A stretch of DNA of 64,000 nt from Antedon mediterranea (taxonomy: Eukaryota; Animalia; Echinodermata): NCBI RefSeq assembly GCF_964355755.1, contig NC_092680.1, positions 19,477,045 through 19,541,044 of the forward strand, in the 5' to 3' direction. Every line of letters begins with the position of its first letter. Position 1 is the first letter of the stretch. Position numbers and translations under genes: made by a program. The notes under the pieces are model-generated. The model was given only the letters and a program-made list of their open reading frames with translations, ran no database searches and was not told the origin of the DNA. This document shows positions 1 through 13,645 of this stretch, piece after piece.

Positions 1-130
1 TCGGATGATCTTGATCGATGTTCTGGATGTACGTCGTGTAAAGCTCGTGGACTGATCGACGAACTGTCTCTTTCACGGCGGCCATCACTAATTCGTCTTA
101 CATTTAGATCGCGGACTTTAGGCTTTACAT
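1..130 (-). CDS. GREB1L: GREB1/GREB1-like protein, second coding exon (runs off the window start)
   Basis: Acceptor ttttccttttAG at 132-131. The phase-1 join G|AT gives D-VKPKVRDLNVRRISDGRRERDSSSISPRALHDVHPEHRSRSS with no stop. DVKPKVxDL matches GREB1L 'DVKPKVEDL', which follows the first-exon motif. Confidence 0.8.
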
Positions 131-786
131 CTAAAAGGAAAAATTATATCAAATATTGAAAGGATTCTGAAACGTATCATTAATCAAATTGAAGAAACTT
201 GGACTCTTGACTTAGCTTACAGAAATGATAAACCTTTCTCCATTAGCCAGTAGTTGATACCAGGTATCAGATTAGCATAGCACTCCATTAGGACATGCAT
301 CATAAGTTAAGAAGAACATTGGTTTGTAATATAATTGTAGTTTTTATACATGTTTGAATTTCTTTATTGTGAAAATTTTGTTTAGCAATTATTGCTAATC
401 AAACTGATTTTTTAGTCGAGAAACATAGTTTTGTATTGACTTTTTTTGCTACACAATTATAGAAATGTGTAGCAATAAGGTTGTTTTGTATAGCTTTTTG
501 CTATGCTACACTGGCGAAATTATTCCCTGCAGTGATACCAATTTTTTTGCTGTGTACTATTGTTTTGTGCTTTTTTATACCATATTCAATAAATAAATAT
601 GGTCTCCAAAATGAAAAAAATACAAATGTATAAAATTCAACTTTGAATAGGCCTTTTTATAACTTGGATGAAGTTACTCACTTTTGCAAAAACTAAGACG
701 AAATAAACAGTTAACCAAAAACCAGAGACTTCCAGTCAATGGACTTCCAATTGACCATTTCTTTTTCAAGAAAATTGTTTTTTTAT

Positions 787-1596
787 CAAAGAATGAGTAA
801 TCCGCGATTTTCCCTGCAACAGTAATATTGTCCATGTGGTGGGCGCCGCCATAAGTGAGGATGTATCTGGGATGTATACAACTTATTGTGACGGTTACAC
901 TAATCAAAGGCTGGACCACCGGTAGTATTTTCATGATAAAAAATGTTATCAACTACATGCCAACATCATGTTAAATGCTGTTTGGATATTTAATTGTTCG
1001 TTTCATGCAATTTATTTAGTAAAAACTGCCGTATAAACAGTTAGCTTCATCAACCGGGCGCTACGATAGCGTGACCGGGCGTGTTGGTGTTTACGCGTTT
1101 TCACGGAGGATAGTTTAATAATATTCCTATATTTAACTTGTTTCTGGTAAAACAAATAAATGTTAATGAAATTTAACATTGTATCCTATTAATAACATGT
1201 ATTTTATACTAATTTATATCATAAAAACAATACTTAATTTACCGGGCGTAGAGTAGTACGCGGTAATGGTAAAGAATATGCCGTGCTGAGTAACGATTCG
1301 TTGATTTTTGGTATTGCTGCGTTAGGCCTTTTTTGTGAACTAATTTAGCATGTTAGTAAATAATTGTCTGTAAAAGTGAATGTACACTAGTTTGTTAATA
1401 AATATGTATTATAAAATGGTTTGCAAATGCAAAATATATTCTCATAATTCTATTTACGGTAATGTGACATGTATAATATCTATTAAATCAAGTCTTATTT
1501 AGTATGTATACATCCGCCCTTATGAGGGCGGGCATCACTCTCTGGAGCTCTGTGTTACAAATTTCTCATGCAAAAATCGCGGAATACTCATTCTTG
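787..1596. mobile_element. Non-autonomous DNA transposon (~810 bp) with ~24-bp terminal inverted repeats
   Basis: Left end CAAAGAATGAGTAATCCGCGATTTT; the right end reverse-complements to CAAGAATGAGTATTCCGCGATTTTT. The interior is richer in CpG than the flanks. No clear TSD; superfamily not assigned. Confidence 0.6.
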
Positions 1597-2748
1597 TGAT
1601 ATATATTCTTTGTTTTTATTTAAATTTTGATTTATTTTTTTTATACAGAGCTCTACAAATGTCAAGATTATCAAAATATTGTTTATAGTGTAATCAATTA
1701 TGAAAAATGTTTACCCTTTGAACGTTTATTGACATTTCACCCCGGTATCGCTATCATAAACATAGCACCTAATACTTAATGATGCAAAAAAAACTACAAT
1801 AAGAATATGAATAAATGATTACCACGGCAACACGCACTATCAAATAACACAATGTTGAAACAAGACAAGCGAAACGATCCGTTAAAGGCCTCCTCGTGGC
1901 CATACGTTTACGAGAAGGACGAAGGTATAATCACCATTATTTGTTACACTATATATACATCAATAATATATCTTTAATCTGTAAACATCAATCACTCAGA
2001 TAGCTTAGTTTTTGTCAGCTGTTTGCACATAAATATGTATGTGTGCAATATTCACGCATTTAATAACCCTGCGTGTGCATTTGGGAAAATAATGTATCCA
2101 TTTACAAGAAAACATGGCTACAGTTAAATTCTTTATTTATCATCATATTTATTTTCGTAAGGAACGGTAAATTTCTATTAAAATAATATGTTTTTATTTA
2201 TTTGAATAATATAAACATATTACAAATATATATTTTATGTATATTTTATGGCGATCCTGTTTTGGTGTTTTACACTGTTGGATCTTGAATAAATAAATAA
2301 AATTTACTTTATTAAACAAAAAGGTTGATGATTTTGCGATTTGTTAAAATTCGGATTTGAAAAATTACTTTAAGCTAACATTGATTATTTTGTCAAATAA
2401 TTTGTTTGCAAAAGTAAATTTGGTATGAGAGTGTCTGACAAATTACTGTAAGCATGTAACAAATGAGGCTTAACATTTGGCCTCTTGTCATCTTCATCAT
2501 AACAAATACTCTTATATTAACATACTGGTATGGTAATATGTTAAACATGAGGCTATCATAACAACATTTAATTCGAAATATTCAGTACAATCAATTTAAT
2601 GTTCTTTTGCATTTTGTTAATTAATGGTATTATAAAGTAATATATATTTTTATTAAATCTATAAAGTACCTGAACAAAAATATAGCTACCATTTGTCATA
2701 TATTTTATATTATAAAATATATAAAATCTAAAAGTAAAAAAAGTCACA

Positions 2749-3142
2749 TTTGTTTGTTAAAAAAGTAAAGATTGATATTAATATTGCTAAACCCCTGCAA
2801 ACCTCCATAAAACATAGCAAACCCAACCAAACCAATCTTTTTTTACCAAATATTAAATTTCTACTGTTAACTACTTATTTTTGTGCTAAACCCTGCAAAC
2901 ACCGCAAACCTAAAAAAAGCAAACACCACCGAACCAACATAAAAGTGATTGACTCATGTAGTACCCACTGGGTATATCCATGTAAAAAAAATATTAAATT
3001 TCTACTGTTAACTACTTATTTTTGTGGTAAAACATCATTTTTTGGTCAAAAAAGATTGGTTCAGTTGGGTTTGCTATGTTTTATGGAGGTTTGCAGGGGT
3101 TTAGCAATATTAATATCAATCTTTACTTTTTTAACAAACAAA
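2749..3142. repeat. Fold-back inverted repeat (~100-bp near-perfect arms, ~190-bp loop)
   Basis: 2749-2850 (tttgtttgttaaaaaagtaaagattgatattaatattgctaaacccctgcaaacctccataaaacatagcaaacccaacc...) is the reverse complement of ~3041-3142. The loop contains a 36-bp direct repeat, atattaaatttctactgttaactacttatttttgtg, at ~2850 and ~2991. Confidence 0.85.
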
Positions 3143-3569
3143 AGTACACATATTTTGTTTCTGGTAACATGCTACTGTATTTTGTCTCATAAATACAAGT
3201 ATAGAAGGGATAAAATTCATGAAAGAAAATCGATAAGGTATAAATTGTGTTTATAACCTAAGGTACAGTAATAATGCATTATAGCCTAGTAAACCATTAG
3301 CTACGGTACTAACATTTTAATTGAATATAGTTAAATTCTCCTTATTAAATATAGACTGTATCTATTACATTTTGAGATAATTAAAAACCAAAGTAAAATT
3401 ATAAATAGTGCTGTTTTTTTCTTTATTATTGCTGTAAAATGCAGCAAATTAAAGGGTACAGTAACATCCAATTTACCTCTGATGCAATGTTATTGTTAAT
3501 GTAACATTCTGAAACTTAATGGAACTGTACTGTACAGTACAGTACCTCAGAAACCTAAACTATATAATT

Positions 3570-3885
3570 TGTTATTTATTTTTTATACTGGGTAGCCTCT
3601 TCAGTCAAAGGCTGTTCTCCCAGAGCCCCCTGTGTATAGAACTATGATGAGTTTGTGACAGTGGCTGTGTGTGTAACTAGTAAACCGGGGTAACCCCCTA
3701 CTCGTCTCAAACTATGTACTACTAGGTTCTTTAAAGTGCACATGAGCCAGATGTGTACAGTACACTGGACCTACGGTTTATAGTCCTTATCCGAGAAGAC
3801 TCGTTCTACCACCAGAACCATGGAGTGAGTGAGCCTCAAACCCTTAGCAATACCCTTACGGTTCCACTGTTTTAGCCACTCGTCA
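3570..3885 (-). mobile_element. Deu/Nin-domain-type tRNA-derived SINE
   Basis: The minus strand reads ...cggataaggactataaaccgtaggtcc...taaagaacc...gagtagggggttaccccgg..., resembling the recalled Deu/Nin central domain of AmnSINE1-like SINEs. It has a degenerate tRNA-like head near 3830-3885 and an A-rich tail near 3570-3590. Confidence 0.55.
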
Positions 3886-4925
3886 ACTCACTTTCTCAGT
3901 GGTAAATCAAAAGTATGATGGAGTAACAACTAACATCAGGGTTAACAACACATCTTGCTTGCGTAATTGGGTACTTTACCTCGGCTGTGTGCTGGTCATG
4001 ATTTTCGCTAACTCGCTGGGCTACCATGGACCAAGAGATAATACTGGAGCACCAAACACATTATGGTATCATTTTTGTGTAAATACATTTTTTTATCCTA
4101 GTTTAAAAAACTAAATAAAATATAAATATCTTCCATAGTCTAATTCCATAAAAAAAGGATAATGAACATTTTTAGATTCAACCTGGGCTAAAATCAACTG
4201 CAAATGTAAATTTTGTCTTTTATATATACTAATAGTTTATATTTTTCAGAAAAATCTATATATTTGTTTGTCATAAAATCTTTCGATATGGGCCTAATAA
4301 TAAATAGCAAGCCCTCTGTTGTGCTCCACATGTAAGTGTGATTTGTTTCTTTTTATTCTTTTTATTTTAGTTTGTTGTTTAAACTCATAAATCATTATTT
4401 GAATAATGTTTTATATTATTTACAGCTGATAAAGTAAATACTATACACTAAATGTTCTTTATCATACAGATGTTGAACTTATGACCCTGCCGGTTGATCG
4501 GTTCAATGAGCCATGCAGGGTAGACAAACTATACACATTTGAACATACAGTATCTTGTATGGGAAAATAAAATTACAGTAAATGTATAATAACAGACTCG
4601 GTTTATCTTGTTCTTGTGACTAGCCCACTGAACTACTATGCAGTGCACTAGCCCAAGATAGTTTACTGTGTAGTAAGGAGTTACTGTGTAGTATCATATC
4701 TTCACTCAGCTGTCCACTTGTGAAAATATAACCTTTCATCTTTCACCTCTTGAAATTATTTGTACCATTGCACTCATAAACATTCATTAGTACTAGCATA
4801 CTGAGCTACAGTAGATACTTGCATGTTGTATAGTGATACTAGCGCACTACAGGTACATATTAGCTAGCTCTGTTGTGCAACAATTATTACTCTAGTTAAA
4901 ACTGAATCATAACAAAAATACCAAC

Positions 4926-5055
4926 CCTTTTCTAAGTATAACTGTGAGAACACTGGTTGTGGAGTGGCATTGTTTGACCGCAGTGACTGCTCAATGGACA
5001 TGTGCAGGGCAGCCTCAAATCTTGAAGACTTCAACTGGCCCTGGTTGTTACCCAT
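4926..5055 (-). CDS. GREB1L: GREB1/GREB1-like protein, first coding exon
   Basis: Translates [43 protein letters not shown], closely matching the recalled GREB1/GREB1L N-terminus ([27 protein letters not shown]...PRPIFSQLYL). A polypyrimidine+AG acceptor (5059-5060) lies 3 nt before the ATG. A phase-1 GT donor (GTTGGT) is at 4925-4924. Confidence 0.88.
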
Positions 5056-8000
5056 GATCTAAAAGAAAGAAAAAAAATACACAATAAGATGAGTTTAAAT
5101 ATTCATTCCTTGTAACTTCTTTTATCTTTTTAATCAATAAGTTTGTATAAATTCTACTCATATACGACCGCCTTCACATGTCAACCACAAGTGGATGAGT
5201 ATATTGATGTGAACAACTGCTCACCAGCAGCTACCTCTGGTGATTGTATACAAGGCCACTCCTGATCCATAACAATACTCCTGAGCAAACTTTTTTTGTG
5301 ATATTTAGCAATATGTTCCACACCCAAGTATGTTGTTTACTGTACGCGCAAACTAAGGCTTGTGCGTACTGTACCAGATTTAGCATGAAACAAACAAGAC
5401 ATCAATAAGAATCAAAGAGTGAAGACGTGTTAATTTTGTGAAAATATAGGCTTGTTGTTTATTTAATAGACTGGACATAAATAGAAAATGAAAAAGGAAA
5501 AAATTACAACTAAAGCTTGTCTACTATAGTTTTTTTGTAAACAATGATGACATGAAAAGAAGTTGACAAACATTTTAATCTTAATTTGTACTCATTTATC
5601 TGAAAATTTTAGATTGGCTGTTCATTTTTAAAAGGTACAATATAAAGGCTGTAAACATGGATAGCCTACAGTATCTTCACAGCTTGTGTTCTTCCAACAC
5701 CCAAGCATTTAATAGGCCTATGGGTTTTAAACCTAATTTGGGAAGATTATTTTATGGCAACCAAATATCTGGAGAATTGAGGTATCTTTACACTGTACCA
5801 GTTATTCCTTTCAACTATCATTTAGAACCAAGGCCGACAAAGCACTGCCCCAGGCTAACATGACAGTGCATTCCAACACAAATATAACTTACTCTTTCTT
5901 CATGTCTTCTTACCAAGGTGTGTGCTATATTTAGTATGCAGAAAGTTTAATTTTAAGCAGAGTAAAGTTGAAAGGAAACTAGGACAGCAAAGGAAAGAAT
6001 GATATTATATGAGATTATGAAATATTGCTGGGTGAAAGACCTCAACCTACTGCACTACAATGAACCATTAGACCGTGCTGGTAACCTTCAACTAACACTA
6101 ACCTTCAACCTTCTGGCCAGCCTCTACAAGATCAGATAACAGACCAATAAAACAGGAAGTACAGTACCATTAAATACACCATACTTCCATTTACCAGAGC
6201 GACTATGCATTTTAAAAATATATTTATCAGTTTATTTATTTGTTTTTTTCAACTTGTTTAATTTATATAAAACATAGTTTATATGCTCTACAATTTGCTC
6301 ATTGTAAAAAACAATGTTCTCAAAGGAAATCCCCAAAATAAATAATTTAATTAAATAAATTCATCTCTGCACTGTCCTCCAGTTTACTCATTTCATTATT
6401 GCCAATGTAATTATTTTGGTTTTTTGTGAGCTGTTTTTATATTGTTTTGTGGAAAAACAATATATAATATCATATGTTGGACCAAACACAATTAAAATGG
6501 ACTTTTGGATATTGTTGAAGTGAAGTAGTACAGTGAAGATTACTATACAGCTGAGTACATTTAAAAAAAAAACATTTTTATTTCAATACTTTTAACAGCA
6601 AACACATGACTTGCCAATTACAGGATGGGAAACAAACCACATATTGTTTGTCTTGAACTAAAGTCTTGGTTGGAGTTCTGGTACTATCTTGGTCTTTAGA
6701 CAAATCTAGACACTGCCAGGAGAGTCTAAGAATGGTGTTAAAAACTAAACATGATTGAGAGAAAAATACAACTCTTGCATATACCCAGAGGTGATGGGTT
6801 GGTAGGCAAGAAGGAAGCCACACAGCATGATTACATCCATACAGAGCAAGGGGTTGAAACTGCCTCTGACGCTTGCGTTTAAGGGTACAGTACTGTAGTT
6901 TTAATCGCTTTTTCCGTTTTGGGGAATAAAACAAACTCAAATTTTGTCTATGGACCTTAGGATTGGTTTATTTCCAAGTAACAACAACTTTTAAGAAAAC
7001 CGTGTGTTAATGAATAATATAGTAGCATGTCGTCCCGCTGCCTGTCAGGAGAGGCATCTTGAAAACTGACATGTAACATAAAACTATAGCAGAAGCAAAT
7101 AAAACTAAATAGATCAGGCATTAAATAATATATGGTATTAACAGTTGCTGAATCTCAAAGATGATTAAATAGTAAAGTAACTCTCTGGAAAATAACGCCA
7201 AGTTTAACAGAACTATCTCGTTTCAAAGATATTTGAATGACAGGATAATCATATTTAACGATCAGAAAATAACCTTGTAATGTTTTTTTTTTAGAAATAA
7301 ATCGTTAAAATGTAGGATTTTAATTGCAGTAAATGAAACCCCATACCAGCAAAATGCTACAGTAACAAATTATGCCTCATCAAATTCAGTAACTATAACA
7401 CAAACTTTATTTAGATTGCACCCAAATTGGCAAAAAAATCTGTGGAGAAAAAACGCCTCAAACAGATTGACAGACAAGCTCGAACAAAATCTATTTTCTG
7501 CAAAGTTACAATTATTTGGTAATATAATTGAATAATTTAAAATTTTAAAAAGAGGTGATAATGATGGACAGAAGTATTAAAAGTATATAGCATAATAAAA
7601 CTTACAGAATTGTGTGAATCTGTCAATTTATATGATTGATTGACAGCAAACCAATGATATTGCATTTAGAAATGATATGGCTGCTTAATTGGCTTCGGTT
7701 TCTGAAACATTGAAATCAATCTGTTTTCATAGAACCACTTTAGGATGGTTAAAACAGTGGGTATCACATTTTTATTTGGTTGTTCAAAATCTTTCTGGTC
7801 TGGTCTTACAGATGGATGAACATACTGCGACTACTATTTATTAGTAATATAACAGCATTTTTACCAAACCTGATCTGGTAAAGTCCATTGCCTGTTGTTG
7901 GCCTGTCCGAGGAAATTTGGTATATGATATAACCTTTATTGTCAAACAATAACTTAAAGATATTTTGTATTATAAAGTTATTTTTTCAATTTCGAAAAAT

Positions 8001-10589
8001 AAAACTGTAAGCCCATTGTGTGGAATTCAATATTTTTTAGTTACATTTATTTTTTTATAAGTAGAATATTTTTTACAAAACAACAAAAAGTGAGAACAAA
8101 GACAAAATTGTATACAACAAAACTGAAGAATATAATCTATATTTCCTTCATACTAAATACTAATGCAAATTGTTCCTTAAATACGAAGAATAATTTAATA
8201 TCCAATTTATTTTGTTCATTTTTTTAACTTTAAATTACAATAAAATATTTGTTTTTAATTAAACAAATATCATTGTTAATAACTAAACAAATGAATTAAA
8301 CGAGGTGTTTTAAATCTAATTTTTATTGCATTACAATTATAAAAACAAAATCTGGTGAATTGATTTTTATTATCATACTACAGTACTACTACAGTAGGTC
8401 TTAACTACAGGTAATGGTGAAATGGCACATTCAAAACATTATAGCATAAAAATAATCATTAAAAAATCAAATATAAAGTGATACAAATTGTAATACATTA
8501 CCCATAAAAAGTCCAGTTAATTCTTCAAATGAATAATCAAATTAAACAATTGAGTAAAGTATTTATTTACTGTATTATTACTACTACTACTGCTGTACTA
8601 CTCTCTGTAGCTATAAAAAAAAGTAGATTTATGCTAGGCCTTCACAAAGAACCCAGTGTAGATGTAGTGTGACCATGCTCTGACAATGAACTGGCTTACT
8701 GATCACTTTTATCCTTTAATCTCCTCTATTACATAACAGGTCTAGCCCAGATTAAAAGTACAAGGCCAATGGACACTTTGCAAGCTAATCAAATCACCTG
8801 TTAATAATCAGCCTAGCTTACACCATTCATTATGTGGGGTGATCAATGTGATTCTCAAAAACGAATTAAAAACATTTTATAAATTTAGGCATAGAATAAA
8901 TTCCATTGCCTGGTGATCTGAAAATTAATTTTAAAATCATTTAAAACAAAAATTTAATTTATAATTATATATTTGATACAATTTTACTAACGATTTTTCT
9001 GAATCATTCACTTTAATAAAAATACGGCCTTGTGGAAGAACACCTTCCATGTGAACTGGTTAAAGATGTATGAAATATTATTAATTATTAAATAGGATTA
9101 AATTCTTAATTATACAATTCCTTTTATTTGTCAAGATCACTTTAATTTAATAATTAAAATAAAATAATAGTTTTTGTTTATCTTTATTATTTTGTTATTA
9201 AGTAAAAATGATATAGAAGGTAATTAAAGATACCAAATAAATTATTTTATTATTATTATGTTGTATCTGCTAATTTAACTACATTTAAATATATTTGTTT
9301 AGGAACAGAAAACATCCTTTGTAATTGAGAAAGATTTTAATTCAAAATGAAAGTATATTTTACTTACTACTAACTATACTACAAAGCAATTTTGTGCATA
9401 AAAGAATTATTTAAAAGCTGTACAATATTTTTAATTTAACAAATCATAGAGGATACCTCCATGAACAAATCTTACTTGACCCATGGAGAAATAATTTCCT
9501 AAATCTTGGAATGTTCCATTAATTAATGGTCAGCTTTGATTGCTTACAATAATGGATTATCCAAGGTCGTTCTTTATACTTCCTTTACAGAACATTTACC
9601 AGCATGAGAAAAAGCACATACTTTACTTTTCAATTACTTTTGGTTTTTGTGAAATTACTCTAACTATTACTGAAATTCAACATTTTATTTCATTTCCACT
9701 ATTCATTTGTAGAATATTTTATAAAAAGTCTAAACACTTAAATCAATGAAAATAACTACAAATTTAGTTTTTACAAATTACTTAAGCATGGAAGACGAAA
9801 TAATAAATAAATACAAAAACTATAATAAACAAATTTACAAAAAAAGACTTGGTAAAACTGTAGGCTTTGGATTTAACGCCAGCAGCAACGAACAAATTTT
9901 ATTCAGACATTTTTAAACGTTTTAATTAACAAACACACAGATCGCCTAACTTGTTCTGGCGGTGATGCAGTGTTCATGTCTAGCTTATTGTCATATTATT
10001 ATTGCCAGCACCAAATATTATAAACAATGAGATAGTATTCAGTGAAATTATAAATATAAATCCATTTTGTAATTGCATAAAATTCACATGTGTTTTATCA
10101 ATGCAATAGAATACGTAAATATTACACGACGACGCAAAAAGGCTGACAGAGCAGAACAGAACATTAGAGTGTTCTCAGTTACAATAATTATTCATATCGA
10201 CCTTTTACGACTAACTGCTACTGGCGAACCTTGAAATCCAGCAATCGCAAAGGACCCAAAAATCATACAATGACTATTAACTGTCCAAAATTCAACACAT
10301 TAACATTCAAATGCACTGACATTAATTTCAGAATGAATGTCATGGAAAAAATTAGCACACCTTGGAGGGCCATTCAGAAAGACAATAACAAATAAAATAA
10401 CTTCTACTCTAGCATTGTAACGATTAGATACAGTATGGTTTAGTTTTGTTATTTTCATAAAGGTTGAAAACTACTACTAATTACTATACTAATGTACTGT
10501 AATACTGTACCTGTTAAAAATTATGTTTAAATTTTCTTGTGAATATTCTTATATCTCGAATATGGTAGCAAAAAATATAAAAGTAAACT

Positions 10590-10660
10590 CTCCCTGGCGG
10601 GAATTGAACCCCGGTCTTCTGCGTGACAGGCGGAGATACCAACCACTATACTACCAAGGA
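10590..10660 (-). pseudogene. tRNA-Asp(GTC)-derived copy, likely defective
   Basis: Same sequence family as the array, but 71 nt long, with a 1-nt deletion in the T-stem and a GCAGA anticodon-stem mismatch. Confidence 0.75.
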
Positions 10661-10745
10661 ATCGGTTGATGAACCTTTGGAATTTTTAATTTTTTTTTTT
10701 AATATTCTTATATCTCAAATATTGTAGCTAAAAAATAATTGAATT

Positions 10746-10817
10746 CTCCCTGGCGGGGAATTGAACCCCGGTCTTCCGCGTGACAGGCGGAGATACTAAC
10801 CACTATACTACCAAGGA
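10746..10817 (-). tRNA. tRNA-Asp(GTC)
   Basis: 72 nt, TCCTTGGTAGTATAGTGGTTAGTATCTCCGCCTGTCACGCGGAAGACCGGGGTTCAATTCCCCGCCAGGGAG. Acceptor, anticodon and T stems pair; A and B boxes are intact; a T-run follows downstream. Confidence 0.9.
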
Positions 10818-10906
10818 ATCGGTTGATGAACCTTTGGAATTATTAATTTTTTTTGTTAATATTCTTATATCTCAAATATTGTAGCTAAAAAGTATATAAT
10901 TGAATT

Positions 10907-10978
10907 CTCCCTGGCGGGGAATTGAACCCCGATCTTCTGCGTGACGGGCGGAGATACTAACCACTATACTACCAAGGA
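10907..10978 (-). pseudogene. tRNA-Asp(GTC)-derived copy, likely defective
   Basis: 72 nt, with U33>C (loop CCGTCAC) and a GCAGA anticodon-stem mismatch. Confidence 0.7.
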
Positions 10979-11064
10979 ATCGGTTGATGAACCTTTGAAA
11001 TTTTTAAATTTTTTTGTTAATATTCTTATATCTCAAATATGGTAGCTAAAAAATATATAATTAA

Positions 11065-11541
11065 AGACTCCTTTCCTGCAATTTTGGACGTTTTTTGGAA
11101 AATAATACATATATATCACTTTAAAAACATTAAACCATGTCATTCCTTGTCTTAGTTAAATGTACGTTTTATGGTAAATTATGATAAAAAGTGAGAAACA
11201 ATGCACTACCTAAGTAGCTCGCGGCGATCGACCTCTCGTGAACGGTCTTAGACCTAGCCTAGCTAGGCTTAGTTTTGTAGGCCTAGCTGGTAAACATCGG
11301 TAACGTACAAACATCATACGCTAGCTATATACCTGACGTTGTATAGTTGCTGCATTAATTGTCTTTCTATTTTTGCCAGACTCCGTTGATACAAATTAGG
11401 GAAAACCCAGTATTTTCGCTGAAAAGTTAGGAGTCTTCCATTTGTTTTGGCCTCACGATCGATCGAAAAGGGGGCGAATTACAGGTGTAAAACAAAAATA
11501 TCAATCTGCGCGCAATGCATTTTGGGATTTATAGCGGGCCG
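11065..11541 (-). mobile_element. Truncated inverted copy of the Kolobok-like element at 14602-15227
   Basis: Begins TTAA|AGACTCCTTTCCTGCAATTTTGGACG and is the reverse complement of ~14748-15227 with few differences. It ends abruptly in a tRNA-Asp fragment (ggtcttctgcgtgacggg). Confidence 0.85.
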
Positions 11542-13645
11542 GTCTTCTGCGTGACGGGTTGATTGGAATAAAATAAAAAATTGAAAATTACGATACTAAA
11601 ACAGGTTTCAATTTTGTATATTCATTTTTCTTGTAATGTTTTTAAAAATATTATGCTTAATATAATAATGTTCTTCTCGTTTTTAGATACAAATAAATTG
11701 ACAATTCTTTAAAACAAAAGTGAAATAAACGGGTCTGCAGTTACTGAATAAAAAAAATTAAAGAAAAAACAAACATTATAACTTATAAGTAGTTTAATAT
11801 ATATTTGAGGGGATGTTTATTCCAAACGCTGTATCATGGGAGGCGGGGCAGGGAATTTATTCTAGGAGGATGCTTTTTTAGGGGGACAGTTATTCCACAA
11901 GATTTATTTGGTTTGAGGGGAATGTTTATTCAAAGCAGAGTGTTTAATTGATAAAATATGGTAGCCTTCACAGTGAGAAGAAAAAGAATTGATTGATAAT
12001 GATGCAAAGAAACTAATGTAATGTACAATATCAGAGTACATAACTTCAAAGTAATGGTTCCCAGATCAACTAGAATTGATCAATATTTGAGACGACTTTC
12101 AGAAAGGACAGCATGTAAATGATCTATGTGTTCAAAAGTCTGACATATTACAAGTTGCCTCAAATTTTATATTTGAGGTGCTTAATTACAACATATTGTA
12201 AATAACAACTGAAATCAAGTATATCAATCAGATATAATCTCAGCAAAAAATAAAAGATGTGATATTTAAAAATTCTGATAAGATTTCCATCTAATACAAT
12301 ACAAGCCTACGTTTTCAGTCACAACCACTTATGTTACTCAACCGAACATAAAAAACGATCTGTTAATAGTTATCGAGTAACTTAGCAACGGCCTTTTCAA
12401 CCAATTTTTCTGGAGCAATCGGCAATTTCATAGTTAACCTTCAGGGTATCGTAGTTTTTATGTTTCTTTGTAACACGCGACCTTCAGCAATTCAACCCAG
12501 CGATTAATTCTCATTTTTCATTATTTTTAGTATCAATCTTTGTCATTTTTTTACGGGTGCTATCGTATTGAAGCCCAATATCTTTTTTCCAAATGGCCTT
12601 CATAAACCGAAGATCCATCAATACTATCATTTTGTTTATAAATACTCATCTTTCCAATTACAGTATTATTTACCTCATGGCTTTTTATTCAGAAATCAGA
12701 GATTTATTCATTATCACCTTTCAGGTTTTTGTTTAACAGTTACACAATACATTTTTTTGTAAGTATATTAGAAAATATCCCGGAAGATCACTTTATAGTT
12801 ATAAATTTGAAGTGAAACAAACTATAATCTATTATCATCTTTCAGCAATTTCTGACAAATATATTTGGAAAGTTTGTTGAAAAATATCAATGTACAGTAG
12901 ACCTAGATGATTCTATAAATTTAATCTATCATCCATTTGTTATCATCTTTCAACTTTGTATTAAATTTGTGATAAATGGCAATTGGGAACCATTTTTTAA
13001 GAAAAGAAATGCTTTGCTAGAGCAACACAATTTTTTCAGTGGTGTATAAAACTAGGCCTGAGGCTGTTTTTTCCTCAGGGCCCCTGGTATTGCCAGTGAG
13101 CGCTCATAGCCGTTACACCATTGAATGTTTGTAAACCAAATGTATGATTAAAAAGAAACATCCCGAGGATACGTCATGGTAACCCTCTTGCTATCCAAGG
13201 CAACAGATTTGTTTTTAACTCAATATTTATAGCTTTCAACTATAATGGTTTCATTCAGTTTCATAATAATGAGATATTTAGTTTGAAGTAACAATCATCA
13301 TTTATCAAATGTCAAAATAAAAAATATTGTTATACATCATTTTCAGATCTTAATGTTTGCAAAACTGGATGTTTTTTTAGTAACATATTTCTATCCAATA
13401 CAATAGGCCTATTGTAGGTTTGTGTGTAAAGTTATGCGTGCACGCTCTAAGTTTTGAATTATGATCTATCGTAGTTACATTGCACAATTTTTCGTGCAGC
13501 TCCTTTAGGCAGTTATATTCAGAGAACGGAATCATTAGGAAACAGTTACCATGTGGAAGCTTATTGTTTACTATGGCTCAAAAAATGGGTATTTGGAAAC
13601 TGGTGTGCTCAAACCCCAAAGCACGTCTGGGAGAAGAGAATCAAT

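Noticed and set aside
2750-3256. 168-aa ORF
   Set aside because: Coincides with the inverted and direct repeat structure (repeated NIKFLLLTTYFC), has a TTG start and no recognisable domain.
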